Made by a program: the position numbers and the translations under genes. This document shows positions 50,024 to 62,600 of a stretch of DNA of 64,000 bases, piece after piece. How positions within the stretch are numbered: the stretch's first letter is position 1; the number at the start of each line of letters is the position of its first letter. The DNA comes from Fimbriosthenelais zetlandica (lineage: Eukaryota): the NCBI GenBank assembly GCA_977030845.1, contig OZ365115.1, positions 8,990,001-9,054,000 on the forward strand. The letters run 5' to 3'. Under the pieces are notes generated by a model. The model had not been told where the DNA came from. It did not search any database and worked only from the letters and a program-made list of their open reading frames with translations.

Positions 50024-53000
50024 TTAGTTTTCCTCTTTGTACACACCTGTGCCGTACTCGTTAGTTTGGGCAGGGAAGGGTGTGAAGTTAATGATGTCTG
50101 TTTGAGGGGGAGGGGGAGGACCCTGTTGCTCATCTCGCTCGTCTTCTGGCGGTGGTTTAGTGGCGTAGTTCTGGAACTGTGGTACCTCCTCGCCCGATGG
50201 TTGGGTGGCAGAGGAGTAGCCGGCGTACATGTCATAGGCGTCACCATTAGGCTCCTGTAAACAGAGGTGAACATGATCACATCACTAAGTGTCATAGAGG
50301 AGTGAGAAAACATACGTTACTGTACAGAGCTTCACTTTAATCCAAATATTTTTTTTTTTTAAATCAATCCAGGCAGCAATTCTCAGCTCGCTGAAACTGA
50401 GGTGCTGTTCAAATTTAACTAATAGCCTACTTTTGTTAAATATTTTGTTTCTTAGCTCAGATTTCTTAGGAGTCCGAAGTAACTTTGGGAAGTCTCACTC
50501 TTAAAAGTCCAGCACTGGACAGCTAAAATTTCACGCCTCAATATAGATATAATACACTATTATAGATATAATATTTGATCACAGCAAAAGATGCAGAACA
50601 ACACGGACCTCCTTGATTTGTACATTGTTGAAGTCCATCTCGCCATACTGGTTCTCGCCCTCCTCGGGAGCGCGTCTCTCACGGGAGCGATCACGACGTC
50701 CACGCTCACGGCTACGACTGCGGCGGCTACGTTTACGTTCCCTGCTCCTGCTCCTCTTCTTCTCACGGGAGCGACTTCTCCGTCTCCTTCTAGTGGGCCG
50801 CTCTTCTTCCACACCAGCTAGAAATGAGAAATGGTCAAGTAAGCATTTATTACCGAATTCTCTCCATACATTTGGCTATATTCTACAGTATTAAAAAAAG
50901 TAGAGTAGAGCTTTGCTTCTGTTCAATAATGATATGGACATTTTTGAAGGTGGATATGAATCTGGTAATATCAGTTTAGTGTTAAAGTGAACATGCCTTA
51001 GGTTGGGGACTTGGAACATTATTCAAAAACAATTTCAAAATTATTTTTTCCATCCCGACTTCCAGAAGAGCAATTATTTCAGTGTTGTCTTCAGACATTT
51101 GATTGGGTTGATTTTCCATAAAGAGTGCATTAAAGTTGTACATTGAATTTTGGCAATTAATATTGCAAATTTAGACTCACCTTCCTCATCATATCTTTCT
51201 CTCTCCCTATCCCTGTCCCTTTCTCTGTCTCTCTCACGCCTGCCACCGCCAGCTTCACGTTCACGGCTACGGCTACGCCTCTTTCTCTCTCGGCTACGGC
51301 TACGTCCTCTACGTGCACGGTCCCTGCTACGGCTTCTCTCCCGCTTGCTGGTTCTCTCACGTGATCGTGATCGATCCTCACGGTCCCTGATCACAAACAA
51401 ATGTTCATTTAAACAAAAAAAAAACCCAAAGAAAACATCAAGTATTCCTACAGAAACAGATTAGATGAGGCTTAATAATGTTGTCCGATGATATGACTTA
51501 CCAACATATACAGCAAAATTAAGTTGAAAATTTAATATTTTTCCCCATTTGTTATAGAAATCTCCAATAAAATTTTACTTGAACGATATGTAAAGACTTA
51601 TTTGTGTATATTTGCATTGCCTGGAATCAAGGACTGACTTTCGGGTCCTTCTCCATACATTGTACCCATAGTATCCACGCTTATTTCTTCTGAAAGAGGA
51701 TCAATTATATTCTACCAATCAAAGACTAACAAACTACATCACAAAATGGTAAACAAAACTCCTTACTACAACCAATCACCAACCTAGCACCTTTTATATT
51801 ATTTACTACAGGAGTATCCAAATTCCAGGATTGTCTCTTTATTTTCTATTTAGGATGCTAGTCTTGAGAATATCTAAACAAGTTACATTCCAGTGAATAA
51901 AGTGAGTGAGTAGTTGCTTAACGTCCTGTCCACAATGTTTCAACTATCATAGGACAAGAACAATTTGCTGTTCAAATTCAGTATGTAGGAAACAAGCTGT
52001 CGGCACCCAATGGTGCTCATGTCCAACAGCAGCAACGGTTCATTTACATGTCTCTCACCATAGACAGTGGGAGACATCGCTGGCCTTTGATATCCCAGTT
52101 AGCAGCACTGGGTGGAGAAGGACAATGGCACATTTAGTGAATGCTTGTGGAATCGAACACGGTACCTTCCAAGTACAAGTCGAACACTCCACTGCCTGCA
52201 CCATTGCCCCACACCAACCCAGTCCATAAAGTGTTAGGAATAGTTATGTGAGTGAGTTTTTAATCCTCTTCCTCAGTTGTTACACAAAAGCTTAATTTAA
52301 CATTCAGAGAAAATTTTCCTTCCCCATATAAAATACAAACTAACCGGTCCTCTCCATCTCTGCAATTACATAAAGTTTGAACAATGTTCTCATAAATAGG
52401 TAAAAAGAAAAAATGAGGAAATGTCAATTTAATTGGGTTTCAGGTTAAGTGAAAGTGGTACTTAAATAAGTAGATAGTCTATCATATAATATTATAATAA
52501 TTGAACTGTCATACCTGTGCATGCCCGAGCTGTCATCACGGCCCGAGTACTTGGTGTTCACTTCAGGACCTCCTTTACGAGTACCGCCAAGTCCTCCACC
52601 TGTCCACAGAAATAATTGGTTTTAACAGATGTTCAATTCGATTGAATTTCATAACTCCCATTTAGAACTCAAGTACTGTCATTAATCAAACATGATTGCG
52701 GCAGCACCAGTTTTTCCATTTTTTTCCAGAATATTCCCAAATGTCCTTCAACTCTTTCCCTCTTTTTGAAAAATCTCCCTACTTTTTTAAAACATTTTTC
52801 GTGAGCAGCGTGAACCCTGGTTTATAAGTTTATAAAGGATTTCATCTTACCTAAACGACGCGGTCTCCAGCCCTTGACGGTCCTAGATCGCTCCACGTCG
52901 ACGAGGACGCGGCGTCCGTCTATCTTTTTCCCGTCCGCGTGTTTGTAAGCAGCTAAAAAATAAGGAAAACAACTCTAACAACCGTCTCTACTAACAAGCC

Positions 53001-56000
53001 AATCACATGACATGACACCCAGCCTTACTGCCTAGACCAGTCTACAAACTTGATCTTCACGTAAACTGACGGCCGGAAAACAATACAACCCCCTCCTCCC
53101 CTTCACATACTTACCACCATTAATAATTTTAATCAATATTAAATCAATTGTTATATTTAACTCTATTAAATTGATGAAATCCTAATGAAGTAATGTCAAA
53201 ATCGAAGGAGTGAGTTGAATTATTTTCAGGCCTTAAGATACAATGATTTTTTAGAGGCAGTCTCAGTAAGCACACCAAAGATGAGAAAGGTCTGGCTATG
53301 GAGGCCTGAGACCTGGCCCGGCTTACGTCCAGGCCTACCCGATGTGACGTCACCTCCTCTGACTTGTTGAGCAGCTCCCAATGTCCTCCTCACCCACCTG
53401 TAGCCAAGGTTTTACCTGACCAACCTTACAAGAGTTGGTACAAGGTTTTATGAGAACAACACCACACACTGGCAACTCACAACATGGACAGATGAAGGGG
53501 TAGAGACAGAGAGGGTGGGGGATAGGGAAGAGACAGACTGACTGAAGCACATGGGCGGGGGCAGAGAGAGAAGAGAGGGAGAAGAAGAGGGGGAAGAGGA
53601 GGTCCTCATTTCTTATAGAGTTGCCAGTTCTGACGTTTAGGGTCGAGCAAAGCCTCCATGAAAGCAACTGTAGCAATCTAACCAAAAAAGAACGATACTT
53701 TATTGGATAATTTAATAAATATTTCAGAGATGAAGAATATATTGGGGGAGTGAATTATTCAATGTCCAGTCAAGAATTAGGACTAGTAGGAAACGCATTG
53801 TCAGTGTATAATGGCCTGCTCTTCTCGAACAAATATATTGGGGGAGTGAAGATTGCTTTCATGGAGAAGATGCTATGACGTAATGACATGAAAAAACAAG
53901 TAAAGAAAGCCCTGTTGTCTTGTACTGCTCGTCCAGGCGACATCTTGACGCTACCTACCTTCCTGACCCAAAAACAGGCCAGCAAAACCAAACTGATACA
54001 AATTAATACATCATTCTATTAAGCTTTCTTACCATATGAAAAAAATAAAAACTGGGATAGGCGATTTTTAAGAGGCAGAGAAAAAAAAAAAAGATAACAC
54101 AGGTCCTGATTCAGCAGACGTCTTCTTGGCGAGGGGCTGGGCGGGGCATCCAGATGCTATACATACCTGCACGGTTCATTTTGATCATTATTTGAGAAAT
54201 ACAATTTGACAAGGATGCTCAGCGAGGTCAGGGCTCGCCTGGATCCGATCGAGGAGAGTGACTTATAGAAATACAGACATGAAATGAAGGCAGAGAAAGG
54301 GGCTTACGTGAGCAAACCTACACCTGAAATGGGAGCCAATGGATGAAGTCAGCAAGTCAGTGGCATTGGTGGAAGCCGTCATGGAAGACGCCGGTGGCAA
54401 GGTGCGGATCCTTGGAAGGGAGTCCGTCCACTACTTACCCGGCTTACCTGTTACACGTTACCATGCAACCAGCCACATCAAGCCATTATTTCTCATTTAA
54501 ACCACTTTTATGGACAATTTTTATTCTATTTCAATTCACGACCGAGTTTTGTGCATATCTCGGTAACAGGTCTGATATTTTTTCTGATCTAAATCAAGGG
54601 AGGGATGCTATAGCACGGTGAAGGCTAGATGTGACTCATTGCCTAGTTTTATAACATTTAGGAACATTTTCTTTCCCTTTATTGGGCCTTTTTTAAACTC
54701 TTAGGGTTGCCTCTGATTTTTGTCTTATCTGGCCAGTTGAAAAAAAAAATTATGCTACCATGCAAATACGTTGAAAATTGTCTTTCCAGGATTGGACATG
54801 TGCTTCCTTTCGAAAAAAAAAAAATCTTTTTGAGTTAGAAAAAAAAAGAGCCAAAAATTTGAATTTTGTAAAGGATATTAACAAGAGAGTTTGACTGCCG
54901 AATGCACGGGAATTAAAGCAAGGGCAGCTTAGACTTCTTGTGACCATCACAATACAAAAAAACAAAAAAAAACTTTCATCTCTGACTAGTAGGAAAACAC
55001 GTCAGGTTCAGAACACATTTTTGGTTATACTTACGCCAATACTTACGTTTCAACTACACTCAACTTACCATCATCCAAAGATGAATCCATGAAAAATTTG
55101 AATATTTAGAAATTTGGAAGAATATATTTCCAATTTGGACAATTTTTTCTTTTTTTTCATATATTTGAGCCAAAATTCAAATGTGGTATGAAGAAGAATA
55201 TTGGGCATTGGCTCAAGTGTGTGCCTGCTTCTTACATGATAGCATTTCTTTTTTTAAAAAGAAAAGGGCCTAAAATGAAGAATGCTTTCCGTTTGAGTGA
55301 AAATTGATTTTATATGTCTACGGCCTGAGTTGCCAATAGGGGCAATACTAAGTGTGAGTTGGGGTGTTTCTTTGGCGGGGAAATAAAGGCTGTGTGCGGT
55401 GACTGTGTGTGGCCATGGGTGGACTTTTTGTGATTTGCGTATGTTTTTTCTCAGGGGGAACTGGGGCCTATATTGTACTTGTTTTTGTTCACTTTTTTTT
55501 CAAGTATACGTCTTACCCACTCTTTATACAAACCTAGCTTTTCTTTTCCCACCAATACACTGATCAAGCTTTCATTTGATTGGACAACATATAGCGCACG
55601 TCATGTGCCAGGCGCCTGAAGTGAGGAAAACAACAGGACACGTGTTAATATATATCACAAACTCTTGTCATCACTTCATACTGGCCCTGCTCCCATGTTT
55701 CCATGGAAACATGACCCTTTACTGCCAAAAAACAGCAGCTCCTTGACCACCACGTGCTGCCATCACATCACCTGACCATCCGAAAACTTTATACAACTAA
55801 ATCCCGATACTATACAGTAGACTCCCTCCATGACGGTCATCATGATCAGGTCTGACCACTTTGGAGGGAGTAGGAGTATATTTTTAATATTTTAATCATG
55901 TTCGTCCGGCAAATTTTGACCACAATGAGGCCAGACCACATTGTAGGAGTTATCGCAAGGAGGGAGTCAACGGTAATTCCTTCTGAAAAACTCAAAACGG

Positions 56001-59000
56001 ACTAAAATAGCTCTTACTTTATATCTCTGACATGTTTGCAACGACATGGTCAAATGACGTCATAGCATCAAGCATCGTTGGTGACACAAGGGGTCGCCTT
56101 AATACATCTCTACATGACGTGCCTCCCTCTACAGGGAGATTCATGGACAAAATGGTGGCTATATTTTATGTATAAGGATCAGAATGCTCACAAAGGTTAA
56201 TTAATTTCTTCATAAATCTTGTTCTGGCTATATGAATGTAAAACATTGCATCTTATCAAGACCGGGGAACACTGATCTTAAAAAGCTACTGTGAAATGAG
56301 TTCAAATCATGGCTTGACCAACTTATCTGAAGCAATGGAAATCCTAATGATTAGTCTTACTACCAGACATATCAAGCTATACAGCCTGGCTATACAGTAT
56401 ATATTCCCCTAAGAGGCGAAGTAACAAAATCCCTTAAATCCAAGAATTGTATTCTCGACGATATAGTAACGTTAGCTCCAAATAATGATCACCTATTTGA
56501 CAATGAGCAAAATCATAAATTTCCTTCTTCGGGAAATGTTAGCCATATGATATACACTTGGGCTGCTCTCCCAGTGCCATCCCTTCAAAGAAAGCCAGGA
56601 GATGTCTTAAATTTCGATTGCTATCATTAAATGTTCAGCTTGTGTTTTTAAGCGAAGTAACAGCAGTGCAATCCACACCAGTCCTTTGAATAATCCCAAC
56701 ATCAAACCTTCCTCTCGGCGGTCTCAATTTTATCACCAGCAAAAACATCCAGGTCTTTTACTCCTATTTGTGTGCACTTCCTAGATTTTTTCTCTCAGGG
56801 AGAGTAACTAAATATGTGTGAAGTTATTTTGAAAGGATGGGATGAAGGATTTATGGAAAGGTTGTCGGTGCCTGGGGAGGAGGGAGGGGGTTTGTATGTA
56901 GAATAGGGAGCAGGAAGATGGTTTGTTTAGAGAGGGGGTTTGGCCTTTTCCCCTCCTACATCCAACCCCTGCACATCACAGGAGTACACCTCCCTTCCTA
57001 ACATTTACCTTATTAGCTCCTTTCTCTATTTCAAACTCGCCAAACCTGTACAAACAAATGTCAAGCTGTCAGCTGACGTTCTCTGCCTGCCTCACATGGT
57101 CCCTGTCCTCCCACGGTCTCCAGCCCGCGCGCTCTGGTATTAGACCAGACTAAAAATGGCCAATCATCAGCTTTGGAAATAAACCGTGGAGAGCCATTTT
57201 AACATGGATAACACCGAGAGTGGTCCGAAGATGTCAACAACCACTTTTTTCTGCCAAGTATCTTGCAGTTTCAACACTCTGCCTTAGTTAGGAAATCGTA
57301 CCAAAACATCAATATAAACTTTGGAAGTTGGTAGGCCTAGAAGATTAACAAGGACGTGATGCCTCCAACAAGCAAGTTTTAAGAGTGGGCAGCAAGAAAG
57401 GGCACCACTCTTTGATAGACCAAAGCAGTTATGTCATCCTATCGCCTTCTCAGAATAGCCTAGCTTGAGGTTGTTATTCCAATGATAAATCTTTGCCTGG
57501 TAAGAAAGGCATTTGAAGGGAATGCTGAGCTGTGCCTCTTGACCAAGCATCAGTATTGTTGATTGGAACCAATTAAAGAGAACAAAGCGGGTGATGCCTG
57601 TAGACCTCCATCCCCAGCTTAGTCTGTTTTTAAGATTAGCTTAAGGAGGTGTGAGCTAGGCACAGATTAATATACCCAAATCCCCAGGTTTCTCACATTC
57701 TATTCGCCATGAGAACAACTCTTGTGAAAACAGGGGCAAAATATCTGGATTGACCAGAAGATCTGCGTCCCTAAAGCTATTTATTCTCCTCAGAAATGGA
57801 ACAAGATTTCTGGACTGGTTATAAATCAAAACTAATTATAGAAACATAAATAGGTAAAACATCTCAGATTTCACTCAATACAATAATCAGTTTTGTGATT
57901 TCTTTTCATAAGATTGCCACATCGGTCATACAATTTTTAATGCATAAAAAGCCATTCGTGAATACAATCTTATTTGGGAATGGTGTTTTTGGTCCTAATT
58001 GCCAAAGGGGATCATTCGACTTGGCAGACAAGGAACAGTTCACTTGGCATAATAATGGCTTATATTATATGAACTAGTGGATTAGATCAGAACTCTGTAA
58101 ATGAGATCTTCCGTTGACCACTCGTTATAACTGGCCTTTATAATAACATTTCCACTTGGTTTCCTCTAGTCACAGTACCCACACACAAACAGTGGGTTTA
58201 TAATATACTACACATCAACACCGATGAAACTAAAGCCTTTGTACAAGAACTAGTTCTACCTGGGTAATCAGATCATGCCTCTCAATGCTAAAGCTTCCAG
58301 TCTTAATTCTCTCTATTGATATAGCATCATCATAACAACCAATAGGCCCCACCCCCCCCCCCCCCCCCCCCCCCCCCACCTCCACCCCCGGCTGGCTGGC
58401 TGGGTCCAAGAGGCTAAATTAACAATGGCAACAAAAGGTGAATTATCAGGCAGGAGGCATGTCAATTTATGAATGATATTGACAGGAAATAAGCCAATGG
58501 GCAAAATAGGGAGTACTTCCCACTATTAAAGCTGCCTCAATACAGTAGGTAACTGTGATGTAATATATTAGTATGCCATTGATTTGCTCTTGAATCTAAA
58601 TCAATGTAAGGATGGCGGGATGCAAGATCATAGATGCAAGATGCAAATCAGGACAAGCTGATCATGTTTGTAGCACCAGATACTATTTCCCTCAGAAATA
58701 TATTTACATTTCCTCTTGGAAATATGTTCAAAAATACAATGAATATTTTCAAGATTTCTTCTTTTAACATTCTTGATTAAATGGAATCAAGTACTTCCCA
58801 AATGGGAGAGCAGCCCGGATTTACCACGGTTTATTAAACTGAAACCACAGATTTTATTATAATAGACCGAATAAAAATAGGAATAGAAGTTTACCACCTA
58901 CAAAATGGGGGCAGCATGGGTAGGGTAACACTGTGTCCGCTCTCTGCAACCTCCAGGTAACCGCTGCCGCTGTAGACGCTGCTTAAGACAGGGTAAATAA

Positions 59001-59696
59001 CGAAGGTAAATAATAAAGAAGGGGAGATAATGTAATGATAAAGCCGGCCCACTTACAGTGCATGTCTCGCTCGTGTTCATATTCCACGAAGGCGTAGCCC
59101 CGTGGCTTGGTACTTTTCTTGTTAACTACCATATTGATCTGGAAAAAGAAAAATAATGAATTCATTCAAAATGGGCCATTATTCATTATTACATAATCAG
59201 ACATTATTACTACCATACTGATCTAAAAGTTTTTTTTCATTTTGTTATTTATTAAAATGACCGTCCTGATAGAATTATACTCCAATGAGACGCAAAACTG
59301 GAGGGAAAAATTAAGTTGGCAAAACATGAACTGAACTTACTCTTTTGACTGTTCCATAAACTTCAAACTCTCGTCGCAGCTTGGATTCACTAGTGTCATA
59401 ATTCTGGAAGGAAAAGATCATGAAACTCATAAATATATCAGATTAGTGAGCAGATATAGATACTCTTAATGATGAAGTGCATACAATAGATGAATGAGTT
59501 ATGCAATGAAGCTCAAAGGCGACTCACACAACTTTCTCATTGCCAGAGACCAAGTGAAATATTAGCTAAAATTCAACTAACTGTTAAAAGATTGGAAATT
59601 TGAAATTTTTAAGATATAAAATTGAACTTACTATTCTTCCTACAAATAAAGACTTGAAAGGATCTCCAGTCGCCTGAGGATCATTGTTGGGATCCC
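50024..59696 (-). CDS. SNRNP70: U1 snRNP 70 kDa protein, 5'-partial (8 exons in the window)
   Basis: Exons (minus): 59696-59632, 59403-59341, 59138-59057, 52952-52851, 52599-52515, 51386-51181, 50817-50609, 50254-50024 (TAA). They encode [42 protein letters not shown]1 [54 protein letters not shown] and an RS/RD-rich tail. Candidate poly(A) signal on minus at 49084-49089. The N-terminal exons were not found inside the window. Confidence 0.96.
53326..53602 (-). other. Cryptic exon module in the SNRNP70 intron: long polypyrimidine tract, AG acceptors and a 5' splice-site cluster
   Basis: Sense-strand pyrimidine tract 53602-53481, with AG at 53543-53542 and 53470-53469. Donor-like GT at 53480 (GTGAGT), 53429, 53415, 53397, 53393, 53353, 53338 and 53326. 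Confidence 0.65.
53654..53866. repeat. 14-bp perfect inverted repeat enclosing a 19-bp direct repeat
   Basis: ctccatgaaagcaa (53654-53667) and ttgctttcatggag (53853-53866); aatatattgggggagtgaa at 53736-53754 and 53832-53850. Confidence 0.9.
54438..54461 (-). other. Four tandem 5' splice-site motifs
   Basis: The sense strand reads ATG|GTAACGT|GTAACAG|GTAAGCCGG|GTAAGT. Confidence 0.7.
55029..55068 (-). other. Three perfect GTAAGT 5' splice-site hexamers within 40 nt
   Basis: Plus-strand ACTTAC at 55029, 55041 and 55063. Confidence 0.75.
55694..55713. promoter_or_regulatory. 20-bp perfect palindrome containing a consensus X-box
   Basis: CATGTTTCCATGGAAACATG, with core GTTTCC-AT-GGAAAC at 55697-55710. 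CACGTG E-boxes lie nearby (about 55640 and 55750). Confidence 0.55.
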
Positions 59697-62600
59697 CTGA
59701 AAGAGTAAAAATGAAAAATATTGATCACATCGAACCCATTAAATCAGAAATACTTAATATCATTAAAGAATCCTGAAAACCAAAATCAGGATTAGATTCA
59801 TTACAGTGATGAGTATGAACTTTTTGTGAATAAAACCTGTATTGTATGTACAAAGCGTACCACATAGTGATACAGATATAGCAGGCCGGGATGGGAGAAA
59901 GTGGACATGCTTTGTCCAGCGGGTGAAGCAAGCCGCACTTGCCCGATGGCGGTCAATACCCTTGTGTGAATGGTCAGTATTGTACCACTGGACGACATGT
60001 CTATTGACCGGGCCGAGGGCACTGCATCCACCTTCACTCAACTGCAAAGGGCCTGTCTTCATAAACCCACATAGCCATAGATAATGTTCCAACATGCCCC
60101 CCGACTCTTTACACTAGCGCCAGTGTTGAGGGCTGGTTTATTTTTTCACTTTCACCCTTAGATCATGGTGAGCAGAAAAAGGCCGCCATGTAGTGGGGTA
60201 AAGTGTGTAGGGGGAGGACTATGGCAGGACACAGCTGTGTCTATCACTAAATCACCATATCTCAGGCTTCACTATCATGCCAGTCTGATCTCAGTGCATC
60301 GAGGCCTGTTGCTGTATTATTATGGAGTTAAGACTTTCTTAAATTGAAGTACATTAAGTATACATTAAGCAATAGTATATAACGCACAGATACGCATGGA
60401 CACAGTAAATACCAAGCATTGGAACCAGTGTAACCAGTTAGAAACAAGCCAAATATACTCCATTTTACGTAAGGAAAATATTAAGGAATGACTGTTGCTT
60501 TTCCATAATGGGTTTAGCTAACCTATTCTACAATTTAAGAAGTGAAGTACACATGATTAAGTATGTGTCCATTACGTATGAATTAAGTATGTATACGTAT
60601 GCATGCAGCTTTAAATAAATACATCTGAATGCTAATGCCAAGGATTAGGACCAGTCAAAGATCTGACTATTCAAACCAACTATGCCTTTTGCATAATAAG
60701 ACAAATATTAAGGGAAAACTTCATTCACCGGGTATGAAAGGAGTTGGGAAAAAATATTCCCTCAACCAAGTCCATTTCGTCTATACTACTCACTAAGCCG
60801 TGTTGGACTCATCCCCTATTGATAATCTCCAATAACTAGTATTGCCACTGCATACAATATTTTTCAATTATTCTCAGTCCACACTGACTGTCAAGCAGTT
60901 TGGCAATGGTACACATCAATGCAATGATAAGCAGCTGAAACATTGTTTTTAAAAGTCATTTGCATATTTTTGAAGCATTAAAATTGCACGGGATAACGTC
61001 CGGAGGCTTGGACATGTCTACACATTGGTCAGATGGACAATAAGTGAAATGTGATTGGCGGCCCAGAGAGATGTGCTGACCAATGAACGGGCGGGAGAAT
61101 GGGAGAGTGAGGGGGACTAGGAAGAAGCAGGGACTGCGGGCTTGTAGAGCGTTTTTGTATGAAGTTTCTCCTCCTGGAATCATAAAGTGGCGAGCCGGGA
61201 ACACAGGAGGAGGTACTAGACGAGCTGCTGCCGGCTCCTGGAGGAACGACGAGCACTGGAGGAGGTGGTGGAGGTGGGGGGAAGAGTAGGACCTCTTATA
61301 CCTGACCCTATCCTCAACACGCCAAGTACAGCGAGATGGAGGCACGCCGATACCATGATTTACTAAAGGGCTTTATATTTGAGTCAACAAGGCAACATTC
61401 TGTTTAAAGTATGGATTGAACATGACGTATGGATTGAAAATGATCATTTTCCTCAGTTGGGATTTCTACCTCTCACCTTCACAGACGGACGTCAGCAGAT
61501 TGATTCAGCAGGTAAACATAAACAACCCATCATCAGTTGACTAAGTAACCCAAGGCCAGGATCCCCATAGATCTACTCTTTCCATCACAGAAACAAATCC
61601 AAATATAAAGCAGAAGTTTTTTTTCCAAACACGTGGCTATATATTGGATAGCACTAAGCCAGATCCATGGCTTCTTGATTTATTAGCAACAGTCAGGCTA
61701 TTTTCTTCAGCCGATTGCTTTATAAATGTAGTTTGCAGGATATGATCAACAAATACATTCATTTTCAAGAAATGCATTCATTTTTGGGACTGAGTGCTAT
61801 ATTAACACATGTATTTATCTTCAATTTGGATTTTGTTTTAAAAAAGAACCCAACAAACGAAAGGTGGTAGATGTGTGCGAGTGCAGCGACAATGGCTACC
61901 ATCGTTTAACATGAAGAAAGGATTTTCACAATCATGGTTTTGGTAGAGCATAAATACCTCGAAATGTCAAGCACTTAGCTGGGCTGTGTTGGGAATGATT
62001 TCCTTATATTTATGGGACCCCAGTGACCGCTGATTAATTAACCTGACGTCACCCCCATTATGTGTTAATTACATGGGAGTAGTTAGCCTTTCACCTATGG
62101 CCACTCACACTGATCAACTTTCCTTTCACGGATAAGGAAGCAATGGGAGTGGCGGAAGATCTGGTGGTCTCTTTCTTCATAAATCCAGAACTGTCTCTGT
62201 ATTACCAATACATTTTCTTTAAGATATTTAAGATTTTCTTTACAGAAAATTTAAAAATAAATGTCAATATTTTCTAGGTTATATCAAGAACCAACCAGAT
62301 TCTTGAATGTAACTATTCCCTACCAATATTCCTCATCTTTTGATAGCAATTTTAAGCAACTGATTGTCTTTCATAAATGTCAAATTTCCCAATTGAACAA
62401 AATGGGATATATTGGGACCTGTAGGCTTAAGATTAGGACGGTTGAGTGTTAGACATGGCTATAAGGTTTGAGAGAGCTAATTTCCTCAATTAGTGGTTAC
62501 CTGGGCCAAACCTCCAACCCCAAACCACCTTCCTCCTGCAGCTTCTGGTGGGAGAAGGGCAGGCAGTGTTCATTATAGTGATAACCTAGCAGGCACGGTA

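Noticed and set aside
50560-51464. Multiple 70-108 aa ORFs on both strands
   Set aside because: Alternative-frame and antisense shadows of the low-complexity RS/RD exons of SNRNP70.
61349-61359. GATACCATGAT, identical to part of U1 snRNA stem-loop I
   Set aside because: It is only 11 nt, lies on the strand antisense to the SNRNP70 pre-mRNA, and lacks the loop and stem needed for U1-70K binding.
62109-62196. Phase-1-ending exon-like segment as a candidate for the missing U1-70K exon
   Set aside because: The peptide (RQFWIYEERDHQIFRH...) shows no U1-70K similarity and the acceptor is weak.
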